Shown one piece after another: positions 1-8,854 of a stretch of 64,000 nucleotides of DNA. The stretch comes from Candidatus Bathyarchaeota archaeon (GTDB taxonomy: Archaea > Thermoproteota > Bathyarchaeia > Bathyarchaeales > Bathycorpusculaceae): the NCBI GenBank assembly GCA_963780185.1, contig CAWABA010000003.1:20860-84859 (forward strand), given 5' to 3'. A program made the translations under genes and the position numbers. Under the pieces are notes generated by a model. That model saw nothing but the letters and a program-made list of their open reading frames with translations. It was not told the DNA's origin and made no database searches. Positions within the stretch are counted from its first letter, which is position 1. Every line of letters begins with the position of its first letter.

Positions 1-2
1 TG

Positions 3-473
3 CCAAACCGCAACCAAGACACTATACCATTCCAAATCAACAACACCGCTTTGGTTCCGCTTCTCGGACCAGGCATGGGCATGCAAACCATGATGCCAGC
101 CAACGCCAGACCGATGCCAGTAACGCAAGCAGCAAACATTATGCAGCCTCTGGACATGCAAATGGGAATGAACCGCCAAAACGCAGGCTCTAACATGGGC
201 GGTATGGGTGGAATGGGCAACGGCAATGGAAACCAACCCCTGGGTCCTCAAGGCGGACACGATGACAGAACAGGAAACGCAGCATCTGGATATCTTGCAT
301 TGCAGCCAGGACAAACGGTCACAGTGACTTTCAGCGGAGTAATCGGTTTCCAGCATGGACTAAACTTAGCAGATAGACCCGCATTGACAATGACCCCGAT
401 AGTGGGAAACACCTACACGATACAGCTTACAGGCGAAGGCTTCCAAACCTACACCGTAACAGCAACAGCCTAA
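3..473 (+). CDS. C-terminal part of a Met/Gly-rich, probably secreted hypothetical protein (5' end outside window)
   Basis: Frame is open from position 3 to TAA at 473; MGGMGGMG low-complexity stretch followed by a beta-rich C-terminus. Confidence 0.6.
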   Translation, partial: PNRNQDTIPFQINNTALVPLLGPGMGMQTMMPANARPMPVTQAANIMQPLDMQMGMNRQNAGSNMGGMGGMGNGNGNQPLGPQGGHDDRTGNAASGYLALQPGQTVTVTFSGVIGFQHGLNLADRPALTMTPIVGNTYTIQLTGEGFQTYTVTATA

Positions 474-598
474 ACAAAAAACACTTCCCCAATTTCTTTT
501 TTTTTGCTTTATTCTTTTCAGAGATAGAGTTTCACAGGGTATTTAGTAGAAATAACTTGGGAAAATAATTAAAAAAAGAATTTTTGTCAGGCTTACGT

Positions 599-1288
599 TT
601 AGCCCAACACTTTTTGCTGCATGAACGCTCCGCACCACGAGTAGTACATGACTTGCCCGGTGGTTCCGTAGACGCCCATCATTCCAAGGATGCTGCCGTT
701 TTTCATGACTTGCATGGTGTAGTACCCGTAGAAGGTTGTTACCTGCCCGACGGTTGCTCCAGTGTAGTTTGCGTCAAGGTACTGTTGCGCGTACGCTTTC
801 GCTTGCTCCATTGTGATTGCCATGTTGGTTGTGGGGGTGCCTCTTAGCCAAGTCATCATGCCGCTGCCGCCCATCATGCCTGAGGAACCTGTGGTTGTCA
901 GGTAACCCATCATGCCAGTGCCCGTTGAGCCGTACTTGGTGTTCCACATAAGGGTTGGTCCCTGCATCGGCGTGACAACACCTGTGGTTCTGTTTACGGC
1001 AAGTTCGAATGCGCCTGTCCCGTTGCTATGCTCAACCACTTGAGCGAAGTACATGTTGGAGTACTCCTGCACCATTTTTACTTCCAAATTAGAATAACTC
1101 ATCCTTACCAGATAGTTTCGAGCCTCAGTCGTCGCCTGATTAATAGATATGCCTGCTGTGGTGCCAGGTGACGTGCCCGAGTTGCTCGCTTTGTTTCCAG
1201 CTTGGTAAATTAGGGCTAATCCCGTAGCCACTGAAGCGGCAACAATCACTACCGCAATTATTAGTGCGATTGTTTTTTTCATTTTCAT
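599..1288 (-). CDS. Membrane-anchored Met/Gly-rich protein with two PepSY-like repeats
   Basis: N-terminal TM; two 'I(S/T)xxQAxxxAxxYL' units; GPTLMWNTKYG followed by GMMG repeats. Confidence 0.65.
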   Translation of the reverse strand: MKMKKTIALIIAVVIVAASVATGLALIYQAGNKASNSGTSPGTTAGISINQATTEARNYLVRMSYSNLEVKMVQEYSNMYFAQVVEHSNGTGAFELAVNRTTGVVTPMQGPTLMWNTKYGSTGTGMMGYLTTTGSSGMMGGSGMMTWLRGTPTTNMAITMEQAKAYAQQYLDANYTGATVGQVTTFYGYYTMQVMKNGSILGMMGVYGTTGQVMYYSWCGAFMQQKVLG

Positions 1289-1515
1289 TTTTCTTGCACT
1301 TCCTCTGTCTTACCTTAGGGGCTTGGAAGGATATGAGGGTTCAGTGAAACAGCGATGAAACAAGATTGAAACGGTGAGAAGGGTGATTTGCCTCTTTGGC
1401 GAGACACTGTATAATATGACACTTGTCATAAGTCGCTTATAGGGCTTCTCCCCAAAAAACAACAAACCACCAACAAACAAAGCCATTCCCAAAAACGCCC
1501 AAAACGGGTCGCAAC

Positions 1516-2166
1516 CTAGTAAAAACAAGCAATATACTCTCTTACCCTAAACGCAACGCCCAAGCCGTCAGCAACCGCCTTTGCCTTTGCCAGGTCAACT
1601 TCAGGCATCCTAACCGTCGTCGCTTCAACCTGCAAATGGGATTTGGCGGTTTGGATAAAACTGATGGCTGCTTCGTAGGCGCCCTCGAACGTTGGCTTAC
1701 AAATCTCCATGTAAGTTTCCTTGTCGCCAGCGTTTAAGCTGACGCTCACCTTGTCCACGCCCGCCGCCTGCAGCTCCGCCGCCACATCCCGCCCACGGTT
1801 AAGCACAGAGCCATGCCCGTTCGTGTTCAGCCGAATCTTCAGCGATCTGCCCTGATGCTGCCTGATCCAGCGTGCAACCGCCAGCAAAACGTCAAGCCGC
1901 TCCGTCGGCTCCCCGAAACCGCAGAAAACCACTTCATCCCAGTTCCGCATGCTCAAAACCTGCTCAAGCTCAGCCACAATCTGGTCAAGGCTTGGTTCCT
2001 CGGCGAGTTTAAGGTTGAAGCCGCCGACTCCGCGTTTGAAGTTTTTGAGGCAGAAAAAGCAGCTGTTCGAACAGCGGTTGGTTATGTTTAGGTAAAGCTT
2101 GTTGTCCATCCAATAGACGGTTTTGGGTTTCTTGTCTTTAGGCATGCGGTTCACGTTTGATCCCAT
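1516..2166 (-). CDS. TatD-associated-type radical SAM protein
   Basis: YLNITNRCSNSCFFC (CX3CX2C), EVVFCGFGEPT, RLNTNGHG. Confidence 0.85.
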   Translation of the reverse strand: MGSNVNRMPKDKKPKTVYWMDNKLYLNITNRCSNSCFFCLKNFKRGVGGFNLKLAEEPSLDQIVAELEQVLSMRNWDEVVFCGFGEPTERLDVLLAVARWIRQHQGRSLKIRLNTNGHGSVLNRGRDVAAELQAAGVDKVSVSLNAGDKETYMEICKPTFEGAYEAAISFIQTAKSHLQVEATTVRMPEVDLAKAKAVADGLGVAFRVREYIACFY

Positions 2167-2178
2167 GTGAAGTTGGTT

Positions 2179-2466
2179 TTAGCCGCCTGTCATGAGCGCC
2201 ATGATGATGACGTTGTCGCCGTCTTTGAGCGGCGTGTTGATGCCTTGCAGCTGGTCCATTAGGACGCCGTTGACCATGGTTACGAAGGTTGGCTTCATCT
2301 CCCTTTGGGCTGGGTCGAAGACTTCCTGCGTGAAGGGTTTGCCGTATTTTTCTGCGACACCGCAGAGCAGCTCCGACAGCGGCGAAGCTTCCGCCATGTT
2401 AAATTCGTCCTGCCCCGTCTTTGTGAAGGTTTTAACCAGGCTTAAGTAGTGAACTTTGACTCTCAT
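2179..2466 (-). CDS. MoaD/ThiS/SAMP ubiquitin-like sulfur carrier
   Basis: 95 aa, beta-grasp pattern, LKDGD, C-terminal GG; divergent from aor. Confidence 0.9.
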   Translation of the reverse strand: MRVKVHYLSLVKTFTKTGQDEFNMAEASPLSELLCGVAEKYGKPFTQEVFDPAQREMKPTFVTMVNGVLMDQLQGINTPLKDGDNVIIMALMTGG

Positions 2467-2562
2467 CTTAACACACTGCTACGACGGTTATGGAGTGGAT
2501 GGGGCGCCTCATATCTTTTTTCCGCGCCAAACCCTCTTTATCACGCGGCTAAGGCGGAAAAC

Positions 2563-2586
2563 CGTTATGTTTACGGGTTCATGACG
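2563..2586. promoter_or_regulatory. Putative ModE-type operator
   Basis: CGTTATGTT-N6-TTCATGACG resembles the ModE dyad CGNTATATA-N6-TATATANCG; lies between moaD and aor. Confidence 0.4.
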
Positions 2587-2688
2587 TGAACCTTAAAACC
2601 CCGTTTTAGCCATGAATTTCAAAAGTAAAATCCCATTAACTTAATATACTGTTCAACTGACTAATAATTCTAAATTTAACGGAGGAAC

Positions 2689-4552
2689 ATGGGTTTGCTC
2701 GGTTACGCAGGAAAAATTCTACGCGTCAATTTATCCACAGGCAAAATAACTGCGGAGAAACTAGACGAGGAAACAGCCAAAAAATACATCGGCGGCATTG
2801 GCCTAGGCATGAAGCTTTGGCTTGCCAACTCGAAAGCAGGCGTTGAGGCACTTAGCCCTGAAAACCCGCTGGTTCTAGCCGTCGGACCCGTTTCAGCAAC
2901 GATGTTCCCAACAGGCGGAAACGGACATGCCTTCATTTCAAAGTCACCTGAAACAGGCGCTGTCGGCGAAGCAGTAAGCCACGGCACCTTCGGAGCAGAA
3001 ATAAAGCGGGCAGGCTACGACGCCATAATTTTAGTCGGCAAAGCCGAAAGACCCGTTTACCTTTGGATTGATGATGATTCAGTCCAGCTCTTTGATGCAG
3101 AAAAAGTCTGGGGAAAATCACCCAGCGAAACCGAAGACGCAATTAAAGATGAACTCGGCGACTACTACGTCCGCGTCGCATCCATCGGTTTAGCAGGCGA
3201 AAAACTATCCAAAATCGCCAACATAATTAACGAGAAGACCCGTGCAGCTGGAAGAACAGGGCTTGGCGCAGTGATGGGGTCAAAGAACCTTAAAGCCGTC
3301 GCTGTGCGAGGAACCAACGACATTGTTGTTGCGAAGCCTGATGAATTTATTGAAATGGTCAAGGAATTTCATGAGAGGATGAAGGGTCCAGCCGCACAGA
3401 AATACCGAACGCTGGGATCCTCAGAAAACGTCATGATTCAAAACGCACTGCACTGTTTGCCCACACGCAACTACAACAACTCATATTTTGACCGCGCTGA
3501 GAGAGTAAGCGGCGAAATCCTCAACGAACGCTACGTCGCAAAAATAATTGCTTGCAACTCATGCGCGATGCGGTGCGAGCATGAAGCCGTTGTCCATGAT
3601 GGACCCTACAAGGGAACCATGGCGCGGATGGAGTACGATAACATTTGGGCTCTTGGCCCCAACTGCGGCGTCGACAAACTTGACGCAATAATCAAAGCCG
3701 CTGACCAATGCAGCTTCTATGGTTTAGACGCCACAAGCACAGGCGTAACAATCAGCTTCGTGATGGATTGCCATGAAAAAGGCATCTTGACACATGAGGA
3801 ACTCGGCGGAATCGACGCTCACTTCGGCAACTCAGAAGCACTCCTACAGCTTATTGAGAAAATAGGCAAGCGGGAAGGAATCGGCGATGTTTTGGCTGAC
3901 GGCGTAAAGGCAGCCGCGGCGAAATTTGGCAAAGACTCAGAAAAGCTTGCCATGGAAATCAAGGGTTTAGAAGTCACAGGCTACGATTTGCGATGCTTAA
4001 AAACTGCGGCTTTAGGGTTTGCAGTTTCTTTCCGTGGAGCGGACCACAACCGAAGCGGCGCCTACACGTTCGACCTATCAGGCAAAGTTGACCGTCTTAA
4101 AGCTGAAAAAGGCCGAGGCAAACTCGTCAAAGACTCCGAAGATGTTTACGCCCTAATCGACTCACTAATAATCTGCAAGAACGCCAAAGGCACCCTCTAC
4201 AAGGAGCTGCCAGACATGTCTAAGCTGTACACTCTGATAACGGGGTACGAGATGACACCGCAGGAAATCGCTCTTGCAGGCGAACGCATAAACAATCTTG
4301 CGCGGCTAATCAACATCCGAGAAGGACTTAAGCCGCAAAGACGACACATTACCGTGGAAAGTTATGAACCAGCCAATCTCAGACGACGGCCCAGCGAAAG
4401 GCTCCGTTGTAACCCAAGCGGAACTGGATTTGCTTTTGGACGACTATTACGTTTCACGCGGCTGGACACATACGGGAGTACCTACAAAAGAAACCCTTGC
4501 CAAGCTCGGGTTGGAAGAATTCTCAGGATTAGTTGAAGGGAAAGAGGATTAA
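2689..4552 (+). CDS. aor: Aldehyde:ferredoxin oxidoreductase (W/Mo-pterin), frameshifted near 4330
   Basis: GYAGKILRVNLS, AAGRTGLGAVMGSKNLKA, CNSCAMRC; canonical C-terminus LDDYYVSRGW..GVPTKETLAKLGL continues in ORF 4364-4552. Confidence 0.92.
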
Positions 4553-4554
4553 GA

Positions 4555-5058
4555 ATGGTCAGAATTCACGAAAGAAAATTCGTTTCAGTTGACCCAGAAA
4601 AATGCGTAGGCTGCCAAGTTTGCGAGTACGCCTGCTCATTCACCAAGGAAAAAGCGTTCAACCCGCTTAAGTCACGAATACGGGTGGTGCGGGTTAACCA
4701 GTTGGCTAACATGTCTGTTACCTGCAGGCTCTGCGAAGACCCCGCTTGCGTGGCGGCTTGCCCAAGAGATGCGTTGTCGCAGTCGACGGATACGGGAAAC
4801 ATTGTTCTTGACAAAGACAAATGCAATGGCTGCGGATGGTGCATCGAAGCATGCGACTACGGCGCCATAATGCTGCATCCCGAAACCAAAGTAGTCTACG
4901 TCTGCGACCTCTGCAAAGACAAACCCGACGGACCCCAATGCGTCAAATGGTGCCCAGAAGAAGCAATAACCCTAGTCACAAGCGACACCCTAGCCCAGAA
5001 ATCAAGACTCAGCGCCATCAAGAAACTGTTCCAAGAGCCATCAGAAAAAATAAGTTAA
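4555..5058 (+). CDS. 4x[4Fe-4S] DmsB/CooF-like electron-transfer subunit
   Basis: CVGCQVCEYAC, CRLCEDPACVAACP, CNGCGWCIEAC, CDLC..PQCVKWCP; 2 bp after aor. Confidence 0.9.
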   Translation: MVRIHERKFVSVDPEKCVGCQVCEYACSFTKEKAFNPLKSRIRVVRVNQLANMSVTCRLCEDPACVAACPRDALSQSTDTGNIVLDKDKCNGCGWCIEACDYGAIMLHPETKVVYVCDLCKDKPDGPQCVKWCPEEAITLVTSDTLAQKSRLSAIKKLFQEPSEKIS

Positions 5059-5088
5059 CAGAAAAAAAGGCGAGAAACCCACTCGTCT

Positions 5089-5244
5089 TTATTTCTTGAG
5101 CACCTCATCCAAGGGAACACATTCGCCCTGCTCCGCTTCATGCTTGAGAGTTTGCAGCTTCTCCATTTCTTTAGGGCTGATTTTTTCCTCAGGAATCAGA
5201 GATTCAACCAAGCTGTCAAGCCTATCCCTTAGGAGGATACCCAA
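5089..5244 (-). CDS. Small acidic antitoxin-like peptide, 51 aa (not in ORF track)
   Basis: TTG-LGILLRDRLDSLVESLIPEEKISPKEMEKLQTLKHEAEQGECVPLDEVLKK-TAA; end resembles archaeal RelB-like 'GE.VPLDEV' termini. Confidence 0.45.
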   Translation of the reverse strand: MGILLRDRLDSLVESLIPEEKISPKEMEKLQTLKHEAEQGECVPLDEVLKK

Positions 5245-5349
5245 AGCGACCTAATAACTTTTAACCAAGACAAAATCCAGAAGGCGCACGTAATGCTCGA
5301 TTATTATCTGAAAAACAATTTATGTTTCTGGTAATGCTTGGTTGCTTGT

Positions 5350-5568
5350 CTATTCGGCTTCGGCAGATGTGGTAAGTTGGATTCTCTTTTCAAGAAAATT
5401 GTCGATACCGACCGCTACGAAAACCCAAACAAACCACAGAGTAAGAGTCATAAACATAACGCCTTGCTGACCGTAAAAGCCGAAGTACACAAAGTTGAAT
5501 GCAACCCAAACACACGAAACCACAAGCAGAATTTTCAAAACCCTGCGGGCAACACTAAATCCACCCAT
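5350..5568 (-). CDS. Small two-TM membrane protein
   Basis: Two hydrophobic segments; purine-rich GAGAGGGGGAG upstream. Confidence 0.45.
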   Translation of the reverse strand: MGGFSVARRVLKILLVVSCVWVAFNFVYFGFYGQQGVMFMTLTLWFVWVFVAVGIDNFLEKRIQLTTSAEAE

Positions 5569-5851
5569 TTACGTCTCCCCCTCTCTCCCCTCTTTCCTTG
5601 AACAAAACGGAATCTACAACCACCAGCAATATTAAATCTACCCAATTCCACCTCCACACCCCTACGACCCACCGCAAAACGAAAACTGAACATTGCGCAC
5701 CCGCTGCGGCAAAACCATCCACGCGCTGGCGTGTGCGTTAACAAAACATGTTTAATCGACATTTTAGCATAGCAGATGGTTCAATGTAAGCAAACTTGCA
5801 AAAAAGAAAGAGAGCAAAAAACTATAAGCGAATCAGAGAGTTAGGACTGAA

Positions 5852-6673
5852 TTGGAGGAAGAAATCTTGAGTCAAGAAGATAGGATATTGAAAGAGTGGT
5901 GCGAAAAAGATGAAACTGATTACGAACTAACGAAATCTCTTAAAGAAAAAATTTTTCCTCTATTGGAGGAAGCTCATAAAAAACAAGGGCAATCATTTGA
6001 CAGAGCATTTCTTGAACAAAATAAGGGAACGCACATTCGATTAGACAACTCAGCGAGATTACTCAATATTTTGCATAACAAAATGGACCCAAAGAAATTC
6101 ACACTTCAAGAGAGACAAGCACTAAGTTTACATCTTGAATTCCTTCCACTCGTGGAAGGTTTTTTTGCTACTCAGGTTAATTTCCTGATTTTTATCCTTA
6201 TTGCGGACAAACACGATTTTTTCTCCATCCGAAAAGAACGATACGTTAAAACGTTAATAGAAATAGAAGAAGAGGACTTATCTAGGAAGTTAAATTTTTT
6301 GGAACAACACAATTTTGCCGAAGTGTCTGAAAGCGAAGGGACAGTCCGCAAACTAAGGAATAGTTCTGCACATGTTTTTTATGAGTTCGACTCGAACAAT
6401 AATATTCTTGTTAAGCAGGAAAAAATAGACAAAGAAACTTACGAATCTAATTATCAACGTTTACGAAATGTTTCTTGTGCAATACAGAATTCAATTAACC
6501 TCTTTTACTACTTGCATATGTTATCGCTTTCATCAGAAGAAATAGAACGTACCAAGAACGTAAACCTTGAGCAAGTCAAATGCAAATGCGGATATGTTAA
6601 TTTACTTCCCGATAATCGACAGAGTATTGGGCAGAAGTTCGTATGCACTAAATGCAAAAAAACTTTAAGTTAG
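5852..6673 (+). CDS. Helical protein with HEPN-like RX4H motif and C-terminal zinc ribbon
   Basis: LRNSSAH; CKCG...CTKC; AT-rich. Confidence 0.6.
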   Translation: MEEEILSQEDRILKEWCEKDETDYELTKSLKEKIFPLLEEAHKKQGQSFDRAFLEQNKGTHIRLDNSARLLNILHNKMDPKKFTLQERQALSLHLEFLPLVEGFFATQVNFLIFILIADKHDFFSIRKERYVKTLIEIEEEDLSRKLNFLEQHNFAEVSESEGTVRKLRNSSAHVFYEFDSNNNILVKQEKIDKETYESNYQRLRNVSCAIQNSINLFYYLHMLSLSSEEIERTKNVNLEQVKCKCGYVNLLPDNRQSIGQKFVCTKCKKTLS

Positions 6674-6710
6674 CAAGAAAGCGTGGGCAAATATCTAAAT
6701 CTGAAAAGCC

Positions 6711-6787
6711 TAGAAATAGACTAATTCTTAGTCCAGAAACTTTGACTTACTTTAGTCAAGGAACTTTTACGAATAGCCTTTTATCGC
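6711..6787 (+). repeat. Conserved double-dyad upstream element, copy 1
   Basis: agtccag-aaac-tttgact-tacttt-agtcaag-gaac-ttttacg-aatagccttttatcg; ATG at 6808 lies 23 nt after TTTTAT. Confidence 0.85.
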
Positions 6788-6807
6788 CTATAAGTTGAAT
6801 GGTTATT

Positions 6808-8031
6808 ATGGGTAGAAAGACTAAAACTTTAGCATCGTTGCTTGTTTTAATATTCCTAATATCCTTAGTTCTATTTTCACCTGCTACCGTAAAAGCAAGT
6901 TCCAAAACTCTTGTCGTTCCAGACCAATACCCAACTATTCAACAGGCAATTAATAATGCACGTACAGGAGATACGGTGTTTGTGAAAGATGGAATATACG
7001 ACCAACCAATAGCAATAGACAAGCCGCTATCTCTTGTGGGGGAAGATAACCAAAAGACCATAATTGCTGAAGAAGAAGCAGTTACCGTTCTGAATCATGT
7101 AACAATAACCATAGGAGCGTCCAACGTATTTCTCTCTGGATTTGCAATTAAAGATTCTAACCGTGCAATAGGTCTATATGGAAATCCGAATGGAGTTAAA
7201 ATAGCTGGAAATAGAATTGTCAATAATTCAATAGGCATACAGCTTGATTCAACCAACATAAACTGGATTATTTCAGGAAATGTTTTTGAAAATAACTCCT
7301 TTGAGGGTATAGTATGCGATGATTCAACAATCAATCTTACAATAACTCAAAACTCGTTCTCTGGTAATTATGCAGCTATAGAAGCTAATGGTGGCAAAAT
7401 AACGATAAGTAACAACCAAATCTTAAACAACTCTTACGGGATATCACTGTACGACACCTCAAACGTAGACATTTTCGAAAATTCCATAACAAACAACAAT
7501 AGATATGATGCCTTGGAATCGGAGTTTGGAGAAACATATGGATTCGGAATATCGTTTGGTTGGAGTTGCAACAACACCAGCATTCACGATAATCTGGTTG
7601 GGAAAAATCCTTACGGTTTCTATCTTGCTAATGTCCAACTAACCGATAAAATGGGAAATAACTATCAGGGTTCAAACAACTTAATTTTTCGCAATAATAT
7701 TATAGGTAATTCCAAGAACGCTTACGTTAGCACTATTTTCCCGAACAACGTTACAGGTCTTTCAAATTTTGTAAATGGGACTGCCCAAGTTTTATGGGAT
7801 AATGGCAACACTGGCAACTATTGGAGCGATTATAATGGTGTTGGAAGCTATGTTATCAACAATAACAATATTGACCACCATCCTCTAACTCAACCAGTCA
7901 GTATTTCCTCTACACCAACTGTTGAACCTAACTTTTCGCCATTACTAATGGTTACTGCTATTGCAATAGTTTTATTGGTAGTAGCCACCGTTTCCCTATT
8001 GGTTTATCGAAGGCATCGAAAAAACAGCTAA
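6808..8031 (+). CDS. NosD/CASH right-handed beta-helix surface protein with C-terminal TM anchor
   Basis: Signal peptide, VPDQYPTIQQAIN, GDTVFVKDGIY, Asn-rich repeats, GNYWSDYNG, DHHPL, TM+RHRK. Confidence 0.85.
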   Translation: MGRKTKTLASLLVLIFLISLVLFSPATVKASSKTLVVPDQYPTIQQAINNARTGDTVFVKDGIYDQPIAIDKPLSLVGEDNQKTIIAEEEAVTVLNHVTITIGASNVFLSGFAIKDSNRAIGLYGNPNGVKIAGNRIVNNSIGIQLDSTNINWIISGNVFENNSFEGIVCDDSTINLTITQNSFSGNYAAIEANGGKITISNNQILNNSYGISLYDTSNVDIFENSITNNNRYDALESEFGETYGFGISFGWSCNNTSIHDNLVGKNPYGFYLANVQLTDKMGNNYQGSNNLIFRNNIIGNSKNAYVSTIFPNNVTGLSNFVNGTAQVLWDNGNTGNYWSDYNGVGSYVINNNNIDHHPLTQPVSISSTPTVEPNFSPLLMVTAIAIVLLVVATVSLLVYRRHRKNS

Positions 8032-8263
8032 CTTGCAAGCTACAGGCATAAACTTTTGGAATATTCCAAAAGTAGCAGGCAAAAACCCACTGTTCTTACG
8101 TTTACCCACTCAAAATCATCCAAAGAATCAAGTCCTAAACCAAAAAAGCAACCCAACCCGAACCCCAAGCGGAACCCGCCGACGAGGGGAGGGGTCTAGT
8201 ATTTACATCAAAAATCCATTGTAAATATGGGTAGCTAAGCGTGGTAAGTGGCGGGTTTTTTGG

Positions 8264-8854
8264 TCAGGTTTTTGTGACGCTGTCTCTTCCTGCTTGGAAG
8301 GCTTTCAGGTTCAGGTTGATGTATTTTTCTTTTAGCCTGCCTGCGATGGCTTGCTTAAACGACTCCTCCGTAACGGGGACTTCTGGAAGAGCGGAGAGTG
8401 CGCCGAGCAGGATGGTGTTGACGACCAGCAGGTTTCCAAGCTTCTGGGCGATTCCTGCCCCGTCGACTTCATGCACCTTTGCCTTCTCCCGCAGAATCGC
8501 CATAAGCTCATCCATCTTCTTCGGCTTAACGCCCACGCCCGCACTGCATGGCGGAATATACTTCATGTTAACAATCACGTCGCCGCCCCGCCTAAGCATC
8601 GGCAAAGCCCGCGCAGCCTCCAAAACCTCAAAACCCACCAGAACATCCGCCCGACCCGTTTCAATCAGAGGAGACTCAACTTTGTCGCCGATTCGCGCGT
8701 AAGCAACGATGGAGCCGCCGCGCTGAGCCATCCCGTGAATCTCAGCCTTCGCCACATCAAAACCCTCCAATATGGCGGCTTCACAGAAAATATCGCTCAA
8801 CACAACCACGCCTTGCCCGCCGACGCCACTGAAAACCGTGTCCAAACGATTCAC
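8264..8854 (-). CDS. iorB: Indolepyruvate:ferredoxin oxidoreductase beta subunit
   Basis: GVGGQG, EIHGMAQRGGSI, NTILLGAL; GTG start overlaps the iorA stop (GTGA). Confidence 0.92.
   Translation of the reverse strand: MNRLDTVFSGVGGQGVVVLSDIFCEAAILEGFDVAKAEIHGMAQRGGSIVAYARIGDKVESPLIETGRADVLVGFEVLEAARALPMLRRGGDVIVNMKYIPPCSAGVGVKPKKMDELMAILREKAKVHEVDGAGIAQKLGNLLVVNTILLGALSALPEVPVTEESFKQAIAGRLKEKYINLNLKAFQAGRDSVTKT

Noticed and set aside
8100-8240. C-rich/G-rich stretch (GAGGGGAGGGGTC) at the end of the accessory patch as a mobile-element terminus
   Set aside because: No matching partner or target-site duplication found at the other border
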